The notes under the pieces were generated by a model. It did no database searches and was not told the origin of the DNA. It saw only the letters and a list, made by a program, of their open reading frames with translations. DNA of 64,000 nucleotides. Origin: Callorhinchus milii. Lineage: Eukaryota. Both the position numbers and the translations under genes were made by a program. The stretch covers positions 40,362,001 to 40,426,000 of the forward strand of contig NW_024704746.1 in assembly GCF_018977255.1 (NCBI RefSeq), written 5' to 3'. Below, piece by piece: positions 25,220-39,302 of the stretch (its first letter is position 1; every line of letters starts with the position of its first letter).

Positions 25220-25422
25220 CTCTTTAACGTCCAGCTAAGCAGGCAGATGGGATCTCGGTTTAACATCTCATCTGAAGGATGGCACCTCTGACAATGCAAC
25301 ATAATCCCAGCACTGCAATGGAGTGCCGGTTTAGACTACATGATTCCAAGGTCCGATGTGGGGCTTGAACCCACATCCTTCTGACTCAGAGGTGAGAGTG
25401 CTTCCACTGTGCCAGGCTGACA
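25220..25422 (-). mobile_element. Deu-domain SINE, 5' part
   Basis: Reverse complement of the head 'gcactctcacctctgagtcagaaggatgtgggttcaagccccac' plus the Deu core. Confidence 0.75.
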
Positions 25423-25434
25423 TACAAAACATTA

Positions 25435-25600
25435 ACCTGGAAAGCTATCTGGCAATCGACGACCAACTGGGTTCCTACTTCTTGATAAACAGAGGCATTT
25501 GGATTAAAGAAACTTGCCTAATGTTTTGCCCTACCCGGGAATCAAACCTGGATCTTCACGCTTGTGAGGTGAGCACGCTAACAACTATGCTATGGGACTC
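25435..25600 (-). mobile_element. tRNA-head SINE fragment, long-body variant
   Basis: Minus strand reads gagtcccatagcatagttgttagcgtgctc..caggtttgattcccgggtagggcaaaac. The body matches 46760-46860. Confidence 0.65.
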
Positions 25601-25844
25601 TAATATATACCCAATGTAAGGTAGATATTTGCAGATGAGACATCTCGAAGAGCTTCGCAGGATATAGTATAAAGTGGATTGACTATGTATTTTGTGGGTG
25701 AAATGTGGCAGCCAATTGCTATTACCATTTGGGAAAAAACTTTAATCAAAGGAAATAGCAAAGGTCATGCAACGAGAGCTTGATAGGGCCATGAGAAATT
25801 AACCACAACAACGTGCATTTATATAGCACCCTCCACACCAGAGC

Positions 25845-26370
25845 GTCCAAAACTCTCGTGTACTCTCACGCACCAGGCTCCGTGACCCCATCACTCCTAC
25901 CCTCGCCCGACTCCACTGGCTCCCCATCCCCCAGAGAATCGAGTTCAAGATCCTCTTCCTCACTTTCAAGGCCATCAATGGCCTTGCCCCCTCCTTACCA
26001 CTCTGACCTGCTGGCTCCCTGCCAACCTGCTCACTCCCTCCGATCAGCGGGCTCCGGTCTGCTCCATGTCTCCCGCCCGACCTGCCCTACCATCGGTGGC
26101 CGGGCTTTCAGCCTCTCTGCCCCCACACTCTGGAACTCCACTCCATGGTCCCTTCGCCTCGCTTCCTCCTTTGCCTCCTTCAAGGCTGGTCTCAAGATCA
26201 TTCTCTTCGATCGTGCCTTTGGTCTCTCTCCTACCTCTCTGCCTCCCCTCACCCCTAAAGCACCCCTCCTCCATACTTGGGTCCCGACCCTTGACTGTTC
26301 AGCACTTTGGGACGTCCTCCCAATGTGAAAGGCACTCTATAAATGTTATTTTGTTGTCTTTGTTGTTGTT
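25845..26370 (+). mobile_element. L2 LINE 3' fragment
   Basis: Encodes LHWLPIPQRIEFKIL..IGGRAFSLSAPTLWNS, with the L2 tail and GTT repeats. Confidence 0.9.
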
Positions 26371-27197
26371 TAGGGTCGCAAAGTGCAATTTCAGGACAGA
26401 CAGCGAGATGTACAGCAAAACTCACATAAGTTGTATTGGTCGGGACAATAAGATTTAATATGATTTATGCAAAGTCCGAGTTGCAGGCAAAGTTTATAAA
26501 CCATGAAAAACTCGATATAATCAATAATCTACACTGCACATGTGTAATTTGTTTCCGGCAATTCAATGAGTCTTCGATCCCAAACAGATCTCTCGTACAT
26601 ATCCCCAGCAGAAACATCTTCTCAAAGTTAGGTAGAGTTTCCACCTATCAAGTTATTTTACTTACGAGTTGTAACGTCTTTCACTGAGTATGCGTCTGTT
26701 TTTACGATTCATGGCTCAATTTCTCAAAAAGAACCGCACAAAAGGATCAGAGGCACAAAGAAAAAAATAATTTGAAAATTAATAAACACATAATCCTTGT
26801 ATTTGACATAGCGCCTTATCAACTCATCGAGACATCTCAAACCGTTTCACAGAATATACTGTAAAGTGAATTGACTGTATAGTTTGTGGCCAAAGCACAT
26901 AAACTGAGAATCCAACCACATTAGCGAATCTAACAAGAACCCTTATCCTGGCTCTTCAAACCATGAATTAATTTAACGCGGCCCTTGTATCTTAATAACA
27001 CTGTACTACTATAAAAATACGATGGTAAACGCATAATTCATTCTTTATTACTGCGCAAATAATACCAAGAGTCATAAACCACTATAGTCCTTCAGCTTTG
27101 CATACAAAATGCTCACAGCTGGACAAGGACTAATACAATTATTCCTTGAAAAGCAATATTTAATCAGGTGTTTATCAACTACGTAAATTTCAGTTAC

Positions 27198-27622
27198 AGC
27201 CTGGCTTTAATAGTAGCAGTCTCTCCTCCGAGTCAGAAGGTTGTGGGTTGAAGCCTCGTATCAGGACTTTGAGCTCATAGTCTACGCTGACACTCTGTGG
27301 CTGCATTGTGAAAGGTGCCTTCCTTCAGATGAGCCGTAAAACCAAGGTTGCGTCTGCCTGTTAAGAGACATTAAGAATCCCATTGCACCATTCAAAAAGA
27401 GAAGGGATTTTCTCCCGGTGTCCTGGCCAACAATCCCCCAAATAAAATTGATTATTTCATGCTGCTTATGGAACATTGAAGTGGAAAATTCACTGCTGTG
27501 TTTGCCTAAAAATACACAGTATACACAATATCTACATTTTACAGTAAATCCTGTGAAGAGCTTTGAGATGCATTTGCGATGTGACAGGCTCCAAAACGAA
27601 TGCTGGATTATTAATTATTATA
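27198..27622 (+). mobile_element. Near-full Deu-domain SINE
   Basis: Head, Deu core and shared tail are all present. Confidence 0.8.
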
Positions 27623-30600
27623 AAATGTAGTGACTGAGTATTTTGTAGATGATTGCAGCAGCCAAAATTTGCAAACAGCAATTTCCCACAGCCGTATACT
27701 TATTAACCAATTTTATCTTGCAGATTGTTGACCATACAAAACTCTCTTCTCGTGTCACAAGACCGTTAAAATCTATCTAAATGGTCAGAGAGGCCACTGG
27801 TTGAACATTTCATATAAAGGACTATCTCTGACAATTCAGTACACCCTCAGTACTGCACTGGAGTGTCAGCGTAGACTGTGAGTCAATAAAAATATTTGTC
27901 AAAGGAAGACTACATAATTATTGTGTTATGTTATTTATGGCTCTTTGTGTGGGATTCTTGAAGGATTTCCAAGTTCCTTTTCCAGCGTTTCATGCAACAC
28001 CGTGACACAATTGTTAACATAATTGATACAAAAACAAGTAGCTAATTCACCGTCGGTGTAGTTGCAAGACAATTTATTATGGAAGAGAATGAATCACATA
28101 TAATCAAACATTACTAATTGGGATCTGTTGAAATAAATATTATGGGAAATTATTCATGAATTGAACATGAACTCACCACAACGACTATATCCAGAAACAA
28201 TACTTTCACACAACTGGTCATAATTCCCAAATATTATTTAATCCTTACCTAGACTGTTAAACTGCATCTCTATAGCTTCTGAGTTTCACTTTTATGGAGT
28301 CTCAGTAACATATGTTATGTGGACCAATAATAAATAGGAAAAATCCTTGATTTGATCTGGTTCCTTATCACATCATAAGAACATAAGAAATGCTAGATGA
28401 AAAAAGACCAAGGTCCATCTAGTTTGCCTTCCACCTTCCTGGTGGTCGCATAGGTCCTCCAACTTCCATTGCCATATTTAAGCCTCCCAGGCCAACTCCG
28501 ACTAGACTTCTCAAGCGTATGGCATGTGAGATGCCATAACATTGTTATGGCTTTTCAAAGCGCTTCACAAAATATACTATGAAATGTAGTGACTAGATAT
28601 TTTCTAGGTAAATGCTGCAATTAATTTGTACACAGCAATGTCCCACAAACAACCATGAAGTAAATGATCAATTTTATCTGTGGGATTGTTGGCCACCACA
28701 TTGGGAGAATCTCCTTTCTCTTTGTGAGTTGTACCATAGGATCTTTAACATCCCACCGAAAAAGGAGGTAGGACCTCAGTCTTTCAAAAATCACTGAATA
28801 CAAGAGAGTATTAATGTCTCATCCGAAGGATGGGTGAGCACCAGGATGAAAATCCATTTAACAGAAGCTGTAATTTTTCTTCCATGTTCAAGTGTAAATT
28901 AGCAGTTAGTGATATTACAGAATAACATCAACAAAATTTGTGGAAGACAACAATTGAGGGGAGGCAGAAACAGACAAGAGATCCAAGCCACATACATAGG
29001 AATGAAACTGAATGCAGCAATATCTCTGAATAAGGTTGTTGCTCCATCAAACCACTGCTGCACTGTTGTAATATTTCTGGCAAATGATTGTCCTATACAG
29101 TTAAATAGCTCTTTCTGAAGCACCTCTTCAAATACAATGATTCAAAAGGTGTTTGTGATTTGAGAATCCACTGAGTATTTTATTAAATAATTACACTAAC
29201 TTCAGGAAACCTCTAAATGTCAGTAATTAGAGATGTTTGCTTAAATTACTGCAGGATTAAAAAGCACGATGGACATTGGTGGCAAAGTGGTACTGATGAT
29301 TCAAAATGATATCTAGGGGAATAAGGCTGAAGACGATGATAATAGAATAATAATCCTTGCATTTGGTGAAGGAACCTTTCACGTCAGGAGGACATCTCAA
29401 AAGCACTAGGAATACATCCATTTTATATACTTGTGTTTCATTAATATATGCAAGTTCAAAGGCACATTTAGACAAACGGATTTAATAATAATTCTTGTAT
29501 TTGATATAATGCTTTATCATGTCTTTAAGACGTCTCAAAGTGTTTCACAGAATATACTGTAAATTGAATTGACTGTATATTTTGTGGGTGAAACGCAGCA
29601 GCCAATGGCGCACAGCAGTGTCCCACAACAGTTCTGGATTGAAGTGACCAATTTATTAATTTTTTTGAAGGAATTATTACATAGAATCACATAGAGTGGT
29701 ACGGCATGGAAACAGGTCATTTGATCCAACTGGTCGGTGCCCATCAACCCCCCTACCCTGAACAAGTTGCACAATAAGTAAACCAAGAAAGCAGAAATGT
29801 ATATCTGAAAGGCATCATAAAAACAATTATTGCAGAAAACAAAATAGTTTTGGTGAAATAATGATTTTACAGGTATCCTACTGATATCTCTTTAATAATG
29901 GAGTGAGCGAATAAAACAAAGATGGATTTTTGTAAAAACACAAGTTCAGCACAATATCCCTGGAGACAAAGCATTTATTTCCCATGTGATTAGATCCTTT
30001 TGATTATTCCATGGGCATACCTGTATTGTCAGCAAACCCAGACAAAAACGGTTACCGTGTTCTATGCACAAAAGAGACATTTGTCTCCTCATTAAATTCC
30101 TATTACTGAACCATTATTGGAATAAGTGCTTGTGGTTACTTGCCATGAATGGCTTCCATTCACTTAGTTAAAGGAGCATTCCATGCACAGATTTGACACA
30201 TATTTACATCTGTAACGTACTGCAATGTTGGGAGGACGGTGCAGTAAGTAATCTGAAGGGATGAAATCAGATGAACTGAAGGCCTTCTTAATCCAAAAAC
30301 AATCATGTGATCTTGTGATAAAGCACAAGCCCTTATATTGTAATATGCTTCACTTGGTGTGTCAAGGGGCATCAGGCATAAATTAAAAGCTAATCTGAAG
30401 TGATCATTGTATTGATAGTTAATAATAATCCTTTAATTTAGAGCCTTTCACATTGGGAGAACATTTCAAAGCTCTTCATAGGATTTACTGTAAAGTGTAT
30501 TGACTGTATTTTTCTAGGAACATGCAGCCAATTTACACATTGAGTTAGAATGTTTGGATGGTTCCTTGTTTCTATCCATAATCATACTTAATCGGTTTCA

Positions 30601-32353
30601 TATGTTAATTTACATTACAAATATCCATGCAGTCTTTGACAAAGAATTAGAGAATATCAGGGGGAAATAGTAGCCTTTAATCTTCCAGATAAATTGTTGT
30701 GGTAAAATTGGATAACATTTCTCTCTTTGTTATTTTGAATTTACAAAGATTTCATATAACACAATAGTGAATCAATATCAATAATTAAAGCTTGATTCTG
30801 TAACTACAGCCAATATTGCCCTGAAAATATTAAAAGACAGCAAACTGCAGCTTGAAAGCTCTACAATCTGTGAGTCCTTTACAATATGAACCTTGGCAGC
30901 ATCTGTATATGTTATAGTCACAAATGTGACAAGGTCAAGTCAAATTTCCCAAATATGTTTTGATAGTAACATAGAATTGACCTATTAAAACAAAATGTGG
31001 AGGGCTGGGCAGCCTAAGAAATTCTCCTTTACAAAGGGGCATTTTTAAAAGGGTTACATTGATATGAAAAAGAAGTGGAACAGTTTATACATGGTAGTGG
31101 GGTGGGGAGAAAGGAAAGGAGGTTTAAGCTCTGCTGTAAGACTAACCTTTATAATAATACTGAAATGCACTCTGACTGGGATTGTTTCCATTATACACAA
31201 TCTGTGAAGAAATATGGGCAAAACGGTCAGCTGTCACAGCTGTCTTCTTACACTGGTAGGCTATTCATAAACTCCCACTACTTCACTGAATTGATTTTCA
31301 CAAGCTTTTTCATTAAACACATTCATAAACGTCTCTAAAAAGCCAAATGTTTGACCAATTTTTTTTNGTGTTACACAGTCAGTGGTGAATGATTTTGGAA
31401 ATTAGTTTGAAGGCAAAGCTCTGACTCATTGGACATTTGTGGTAACTAAATTGTCATTAATTTCATCGACACTTTAGAAAGTGCAAAAGATAACTCCCTG
31501 AGTAATGCACAAGTACTTTTGAAAATGGTCTGAAATTAGGAGCAAACTTATTTTTTTAAAGTTTAATAGATGTATTTAATAGTATAAGGTTGAAATAAAC
31601 TTCATGAAAAAGCAATGTCTTTATTCAGGAATTTAACCAAACTGCATGCGTAACCAACTCAAATCAAAAGCAAAGTTTATGAATAATTATTTTTTTATAT
31701 AAACACACTTTATTTCATGTTTCTACTTATTTAACTTGAGTTTCTTTGTACAAAATTGGCCACTCATTTTCTCACCGTCTCGTAATAAACACTAACTGTC
31801 TAATAAAAGAACAATCTTCCACAGATTGTGAACATAAGTACGTTGATGTGTCTGCCCTCAGATATACAAAATTAGCCTTGCCCGAGGTGAAATGGCTTAC
31901 TGTTGCCTTTGCCTGTGTTTCTTCCGCCATTTGCTCTCTTACTGGTATTCAACTCCTTTTTCTTCTAATCTTGCACATTTCCGTACTGGTCATCCTCTAT
32001 ACCTCATCTGTGAGCACTTCTGTCTACCCAAACAGGCTATCATCCTACAAGATGCAATTCCTCACAAAACATAATAATAATACTCCTTGCATTTGATATA
32101 GTATCCTCAATGTCAAAGAACTTCACAGATATTTGCTGTCAAATGTAGTGATCGTACTGGAAACAAACACGGCAGGTGGTTTGTGCATAGCAAGTTCCCA
32201 CAAACAGCAATGAAATTAATGACCAATACATTCTGATGAATTGTTGTTCAGGATCCAGGGAGAAATTTGCCGACAAATACAGTCACTATATGTTCCAATA
32301 AATCCTGTGAAGCACTTTGAGACCTATGTCCAACAAGAAAGGAAGTAATAACA

Positions 32354-32671
32354 TAATAATAATAATAATCCTTGCATTTGATATAGCGCTTTTCACGTCT
32401 TCTCGACGTCCCAAAGCACTTCACAGAATATACTGTAAAGTGAATTAACTATATATTTGTGGGCGAACGCGACAGCCAGTTGCGCACAGCAATGTCCCAC
32501 AAACAGTCGTAGATTGAAAATGACAAATTTATTATTGCTTTTTGTTTTGGAGGGATTATTATTAAGCGTGTGGAGTAAGGGAACTTGCCCAAGGTTTCGC
32601 CCTGTTTGGAACTGAACTCGGGTCTCTCGCTTGCAAAGCGAGTGCTCAAACCACTGAGCTACAGGACTCCA
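32354..32671 (-). mobile_element. Full-length tRNA(Ala-TGC)-like-head SINE with L2-type tail
   Basis: Minus strand: GGAGTCCTGTAGCTCAGTGG (A box)..CTTTGCAAG..GAGTTCAGTTCC (B box)..gcgctatatcaaatgcaaggattattatt. Confidence 0.9.
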
Positions 32672-34047
32672 CACGATACGAAGGATACTAAATGCAAGGA
32701 TTATTATAAACGTTTTAGTAATTGTGAAATATTTGGACATACAATAACTTTAAAAAGTCCTAAATTTAAAAAAATGTAAACTGTTCACAAACATACTTTG
32801 CCTGCAAGCAATAATGGATGCTTTCTGTAAATACACTATTTTCAGATTGGTTCAAACCAAGATTAAGTAATGTTTATTTTCTGCAGTGCTTACGTTGAAG
32901 CTATTGTGAATAGGATCCATCCAGAGAGCTCTTCAAACATTGAGTATAATTTGTTTTAGCAACATCGATTACATATTTTGTGGCTCAGAATGATTTATTG
33001 GTGTCCCCTTGAGCATCATGGCTCCCGATGCCTACATTAAATAACTAGCCAGGCAGAGGCCATCAGGAGCTGAAGTGCTCGATATGTAACAGTTAGTCTT
33101 AATCTGCACAGACACATTCTGTCTCCTAGGACAGAGTCTCGACTTATCATTAAATAAACATTCTGCTACAATTCACGGTGTCAATTTGTACCAATCTGAA
33201 GCAACAGGTAATGAAACCACTGTCAATGTTGAGTTATATAATTGTAGATTTTGATTTTAATTTAAAAATATTCATGCAACGAGACTGTCACCTCAAGACA
33301 GGTTTATGCTTTAGGGATCATTGGAGCTTGTTCATTTTATTCATAATAGGTTTTAGTATCTATTTCACTGTGAAGAACACTGCATGTACAACTCACAATG
33401 TTGCTACCCCAATACAGAGCCATGCAGTGCACATATCCCCACTACCATTGATTGACTGGTGATGCAAATGCCTATAGGTCAAAAAGGCAATTGCCCATCA
33501 AGTTGCCAAAAGACTCCATTGAATAAATTGTTAGTTAGAAACAGAAAGTGTAACTGGATAATTGGACAGTGTTTGTTCATTATGTAATGGCTTTGGGTGA
33601 AATCTCACCATTTCAAGAAAACGCTTCAGATCAGTGGATCATCCCCAGTATGAAGTAAATTAAGGCAACTGATTAAATTTGAGTGCAATGCTTGTGGAGT
33701 AATTTAAAAATCATTCATCATGGTAATCTTTTTTCCATGAAGCTATTTACAAGGAGAATGCAGACCTTGGGTTTTATGGATATTAAATATGCGTTTTTGT
33801 TGTAAGGTAAATGATGGAGTGGCTATTACACACAAAGATTAATCTTGGCGTCTCATACTTCTTAACTTATCTTTGCTTGCTTTCATTACCTTATCTTTAG
33901 TGGCAATGAAAAAGGGGACGCATTAATCTCGGCCCATATGTTAATCCCGTGGTACTTTCTGGCAAAGCAATGCTCTGAGGCACTATCCAGCATGATGGTG
34001 CTATATAAATGCAAGTTGCTTTCGTTAAAGGACGCAGTAGCAGGCAA

Positions 34048-34364
34048 AATAATAATCCTACTAATCCTTGCATTTGATATAGTACTTTTCACGTCTTCTA
34101 GACGTCTCAAAGCACTTCACAGAATATACTGTAAAGCGAATTGACTGCACATTTGTGGGTGAAACGCGGCATCCAATTGCACACAGCAGTGTCCCACAAA
34201 CAGTCGTGGATTGAAGGGACCGATTTATTATTGTTTTTTTTTGAGGGATTATTATCAGGCTTGTTGAGAAAGGAAACTTACCCAAGGTTTTGCCCTGCCA
34301 GGAATCAAACCCAGGTGTCTCACATGCCAGGCGAGTGCTCTGATCAATGAGCTACAGGACTCCA
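34048..34364 (-). mobile_element. Full-length tRNA-head SINE
   Basis: Collinear with 32354-32671. Confidence 0.9.
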
Positions 34365-34951
34365 CCATAAATGTGTTTAAGGTAAAAGTATTTCTTTACA
34401 ACAGCGAAGTGATGCGTCAAAACTGAAATGTAGGGGAGGAAGCATCCTATCTAAGACTATTAAAGCTGTTCAGTGAATAAGTGAAGGGTAATTACTCGCA
34501 ACTGCCACCAAAGGCTATTTGGTCAGTAAATGAGAGGCAATTATGCGCAGCTCCCAGCCAAATTGTTAACGTGCAACTAGGCTGGGTGGTTTTTTTTGTG
34601 GGCTATTTTGCTGCTAAATTAAAACATCCAGATGAAAGTTAACAGCAATTATGCAAATAGGGCAGCTCAAAGATAGGCAAAGAAGCACTTGACCTTTGGT
34701 AATGAGTCAGACATTATTTCTACTGGCAGGAATGGAGGAGTAGTGATACGTAAAAAGCCCCATGAGGAAGATGCCACCTTTTCAGAAAGCATAAACCCGA
34801 CACGGTGGAGAAATTATGAACACAGCAAGAAATAATTCTAATAATAAAATAAGATAATCCTTGCGCTTGATACATTTCACAGGATTTTACTGTTCAATCA
34901 GTATAGGTACTCTGTATTTTGGACATGAGTAATGTTCAAAATACATTTCCC

Positions 34952-35272
34952 ATCAAAACAAGGGGGCATAGTCTTGAAATTTGAACTAGGCCACTTAAGA
35001 GTGAGATCAGGAAGCATTTTTTCACTCAAAGGGTGGTAGAAATCTGGAATTCTCTCCCCCAAAAGTCTGTGGATGCTGGATCCATCCACACCTTCAAGAG
35101 TAAGGTTGATAGATTTTTGGTAGGTCAGGATTTTAAGGGATATGGGAGGAAGTGGGAAATTGGAATTGAAAGGATTAGTTGAGGTACCATAATAATAATA
35201 ATAATAATCAGCCATGATCTAATTAAATGGCGGAGCAGGCTGGAAGGGCTGAATGGCCTCCTCCTGTTCCTA
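34952..35272 (+). mobile_element. CR1 LINE 3' fragment
   Basis: Encodes KTRGHSLEI..RKHFFTQRVVEIWNSLP..VDAGSIHTFK, with UTR 'gggctgaatggcctcctcctgttcc' and an internal (AAT)n. Confidence 0.9.
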
Positions 35273-35771
35273 ATGGGATTAAAACACATTGGCCTTGCAC
35301 CAAATCAGCATGGCATTGTCTGGGTAAATCTTGACCCAGAGATAGATCTCCTAGAATACTTTTGTCATGACCACCCATATCTGACCAGATTCATATCTGG
35401 TGCGAAAATCCAATCAACAAATAGCATCATGTTCTTCAATGCTGCCATTTACATTTACCTGTGGAACACTAATGTGCATGAATTGGTTGCCACGTTAGCC
35501 TACAAATACACAGTCACTACACTTTACAGTAATTCGTATGAAGCGCTTCAAGCCATTGACAACATAAGGTGTATATCAAATGCATTGATTATTATAATTG
35601 GCTTCCAAGATGCCCCAGCTGTTAAGTGAAGTTAAGTGCTAGTCAGTTATGTGCTCGGATTCTCATGCCCAGTTTTGACTTCCTCCTCCTCATTGCACTG
35701 CCCACAGCTGCTAAGGTAATTTTTGACCAGGGCCCAAATCAATTTGCACCGACTGAATTTATCTTTCGACA

Positions 35772-36251
35772 GTGTCAGCCTAGCTGAGTTGGTGGCATTC
35801 TTGCCTTTCAGTCGGAAGGTTTTGGGGTTCGAGCTCCACGTTGAGGCTTTGAGCTCATAGCCTGATGTGGGCAAGCCTTGGAATCATAGTGCACTTAAGT
35901 GTGGCACACGTCCTGCTTCTGGAGCTGACTGACCGGCTTCCTTCGCATGGCACACAATTGAAGAGGAACACTCAGTACCACCATGTACCCAATAACCTCC
36001 AGATCAGTTGCTGCTATAATCAGAAACCTATCTGTCCTTGCACATATACACAGCATGATGAAGTCAGCGGTGACCCAGGAAATGCCAACAGGCATCCGAA
36101 CTGCTTTCATTTTATGGGCCCCAACCACAGCGTTATAAAGATACTTGCCTGTACTCATCTGAGCATCGGGTCTGAAATGCTGTACACTGTCCAACGCCTT
36201 GGGACGTCCTCCCAATGTGAAAGGCGCTATACAGATGTAATCGTGTTGTTG
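35772..36251 (+). mobile_element. Chimeric SINE: Deu-SINE-type head, unrecognised body, L2 tail
   Basis: Head 'gtgtcagcctagctgagttggtggcattcttgcctttcagtcggaagg..gttcgagctcc'. The tail nearly matches the L2 end at 57025-57110. Confidence 0.65.
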
Positions 36252-36539
36252 AGCAACACAAGGATCGATTTTGTGGCTTTCTTAGCTCCAATTGCCAGAT
36301 GTATGATTCCACCTTACTTGGGGAAGTACTGGAAGAACTCATGACTCGGATTTCTTAATTTTATAAAAATCCACCAAATTGATCCTCAAAAGAATGATAC
36401 ACAAGTTCTGAGTGTCAGGATTTCTCCCTCAATTACTGCACTCCACACATTTTGAAACAATACGTTATATATAGCATTATTTATTGCAAATTTACATTAT
36501 ATATAACACTTTTCATGGCTGAGCAGGGAGATATGGAAA

Positions 36540-37055
36540 TTTTGTAGGCAGCCAATTTGCACATTGCAATGTCTAGCAGACAGACAAAGTGAAATGACTA
36601 ATTTTATCTGGAGGATTGTTGGCCAGGACATTGGGTTAGGGTGAGATTGTCGAATTTCAGTGGGGAGGTTTGGGAACGTCTTGTGATCCTGGACCCTCTA
36701 GGTGCTGGAGTTTTTCCAAATTTACTTAAGACTCCTTCACCTTATTCAAAATAATTTTTTTTAGCTTTACTTGTGACTTGAGTGTGGGATTCTTCTTATC
36801 TTAATCAGGGTCTATTAATTATTTATTAATCTTCAGGTTATCTAGTTTATGTTACAGGGTTCAGAGTCTAATGTACCAGTTGGGGATTTGGTTAAGGTTA
36901 ATTTTTTTTGGTCTTTAGAGATAGGGTATAACTTGAGGGCTAGGGGAGTTTGATTAAGGTTAGGCATAATTTATAGGGTTAAGGAGAAATGTCCTTCTCT
37001 TTTTGAACAGTGCCATGGGATCTTTAACGTTCTCCTGAACAGGCAGATGAGACCT
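36540..37055 (-). mobile_element. Deu-domain SINE fragment split by an insert of about 350 bp
   Basis: SINE sequence 'ggccaggacattgg' and 'ggagaaat..gtgccatgggatctttaacg' flanks 36635-36982. Confidence 0.7.
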
Positions 37056-38799
37056 TGTGAATTCCGTTTGCTCCACTGGGAGTTACAACACATGACACCA
37101 GCCATGTCCTGAAAGTAAGCTTAAATAAGTAGTTAATTAGCAAGTGTACAAGTTTTCCAGGACTGTTGCGATAGGCACAGGAACAAGTACTCTCATTAAC
37201 GGTTTATTAGATGGGATGAAGTAAAGCTGTGTCTTCACCGGATTCATTTCCAGCTTTACTCTTCAAATTAACTGCTTACTATATAAACAAAATACTACAC
37301 TTCCAAAATGATTTGTCACAGTAAATGCATAGAATGGGTGCGACAATAAATATATGCAAAAAGTTACTGGGCTAGAATTAAAATTTTACTGGAAACCTGA
37401 CACATGGAAGGAATAGTTTGGTTAGTGCTCTCTGTCACACATACCTTCAGATACAACAATACTATAAAAGCATCATTCGTTTATCCAACCATGTGAAGTA
37501 TCTGCTAGCAACTAAGTGAGGCCTCAAACCTGTGCTTGTTGGGTGTCAAATGACCAAATATATTCCTGGAGGAGGGGAGTCAATCAGGGTCTCTTGGATC
37601 TGAGCTGGTTACAATGTGACTTGTTGAATGGCCTCCTTCTGTGCTATATAATTCTATACTTCTATGAACTTGCATTTCCCTGTAAGGATTGTACTGAAAG
37701 AGTTACAATTAATGGTCAAAAGATAACTTCATCTCTGGACTGTGAAGGAGAGTTTTTGTCAAGGATGAACTAGCTGGTGTCCAGTTAGCTGGATGGTGTT
37801 ATATGTGATTTCCAGATGGCTTTCATCTCCAATTATGACCTGACTAATTAGCACAAAGACATCGAAATGTCTCTGACCAAACGTTATCTCCTTTTGACTT
37901 AACACAAAGTTTTGTTTATGGCCAAAGAAACGTCATAATATGAGGATGCTACTGCATCCGAGAGTGTTTTATGGCTTTACCGTGTCTATTACGGTGATGG
38001 ATGTTGATTTAATCTTTTGACTGTTTGTTAAGTAAATACCTTACACTATTGACGTATGCTTTACCCTATGTAGTAAGATGATTGGACAGAACAGTTTTGA
38101 GCTGTGATTATTCAAATTACTTCTGAATGTTGGTTGGATAAACTGACTTCAAACTCTACCACTGCATGTAATATTCATGTGCTTAGGTTTGGGTGTATAA
38201 AAAAGGAAGTTACCCCCAAAGAGTGTCTTTTTAAATTAGCTAGCTCAAAGTACTGCCAGAGAAAAACTCCCAGAGAAAGATAACTGATCAATATTTGATT
38301 TCTCTGACAGGTAGCTGCTTTATCTAAGAAATATTAGACATTGACCTATGTTCTTCTATTATTTAACAATCTGATTCATAAATTGTAATTGATTATGACC
38401 CTTTTATGTCAACATATCTGCAGCACAACAGTACACAAAGTAAAAAGCAATTAAAATATTCTAAGTGTGTTATATTCAACGGGGAATAACTGCCAATAAA
38501 GCTGTAGTTTAATCTTGGGGTTCTGTTGATGTTCAGAGATTGCTTGAACTTTGCAAACCATTACATTGGTTTGGTGTAATGAGAGCTGCTCAACTGAGTT
38601 ATAGCTACTGAACTATAATTCAATCTGCACTCTGCTGGCTATCTATTATCCTAAATCTAATTTGCCTGAACAATATAACTAATCTGTAGCCAGGATGCAA
38701 ATTGCACAAGACCTACAGGAGAAATATCAAATAAATCAAAAATTATGCACAGTGTCTAGAATGGAGCAATTTATACCAGTGCACCTTACAGTGCATCAA

Positions 38800-39302
38800 C
38801 TCACATAGTCTAAGCTGACCCTCCTCCAATGCAGTGTAGGGGGTGTGCTGAATTGTCGGAAGTGCTGTCCTTCGGATGAGATGTTAAACCGAGATCCTGT
38901 CTGCCAGTTCAGGAGGACGTTAAAGATCCCATGGCACTGTTCGAAAAGAAAAGGGATTTTTTTCTGGTATCCTGGCCAATAATATCCCAAAGAAAATTGG
39001 TCATTCACTTCATGGCTTTTGTGGGACATTGCCGTGTGCAATTTTCCTGCCGTGTTTACTTAGAAATATACAGTCACTCTATTTCACAGTAAATCAAGTG
39101 AAGTTCTTTGACATGTCCTCCTGACATGAAAAGCACTACATCAAATGTAAGGATTATAATTATTATCTGTGCGCAATTGGCTGCCACATTTTGCCCACAA
39201 ATATACAGTCAATTCACTTTACAGTCTATTCTGTGAAGCGCTTTGAGACGTCCAGAAGATGTGAAAAACGCTATATCAAATGCAAGGATTATTATTATTA
39301 TA
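38800..39302 (+). mobile_element. Deu-domain SINE followed by a second SINE tail in tandem
   Basis: Clear Deu core 'cttcggatgagatgttaaaccgag..taaagatcccatggcac', then two successive tails ending at about 39165 and 39302. Confidence 0.85.

Noticed and set aside
32600-32671. tRNA-Ala gene (also 55045-55103, 46647 and 58659)
   Set aside because: Each is attached to a SINE body and tail and lacks a proper acceptor stem, so these are SINE heads.
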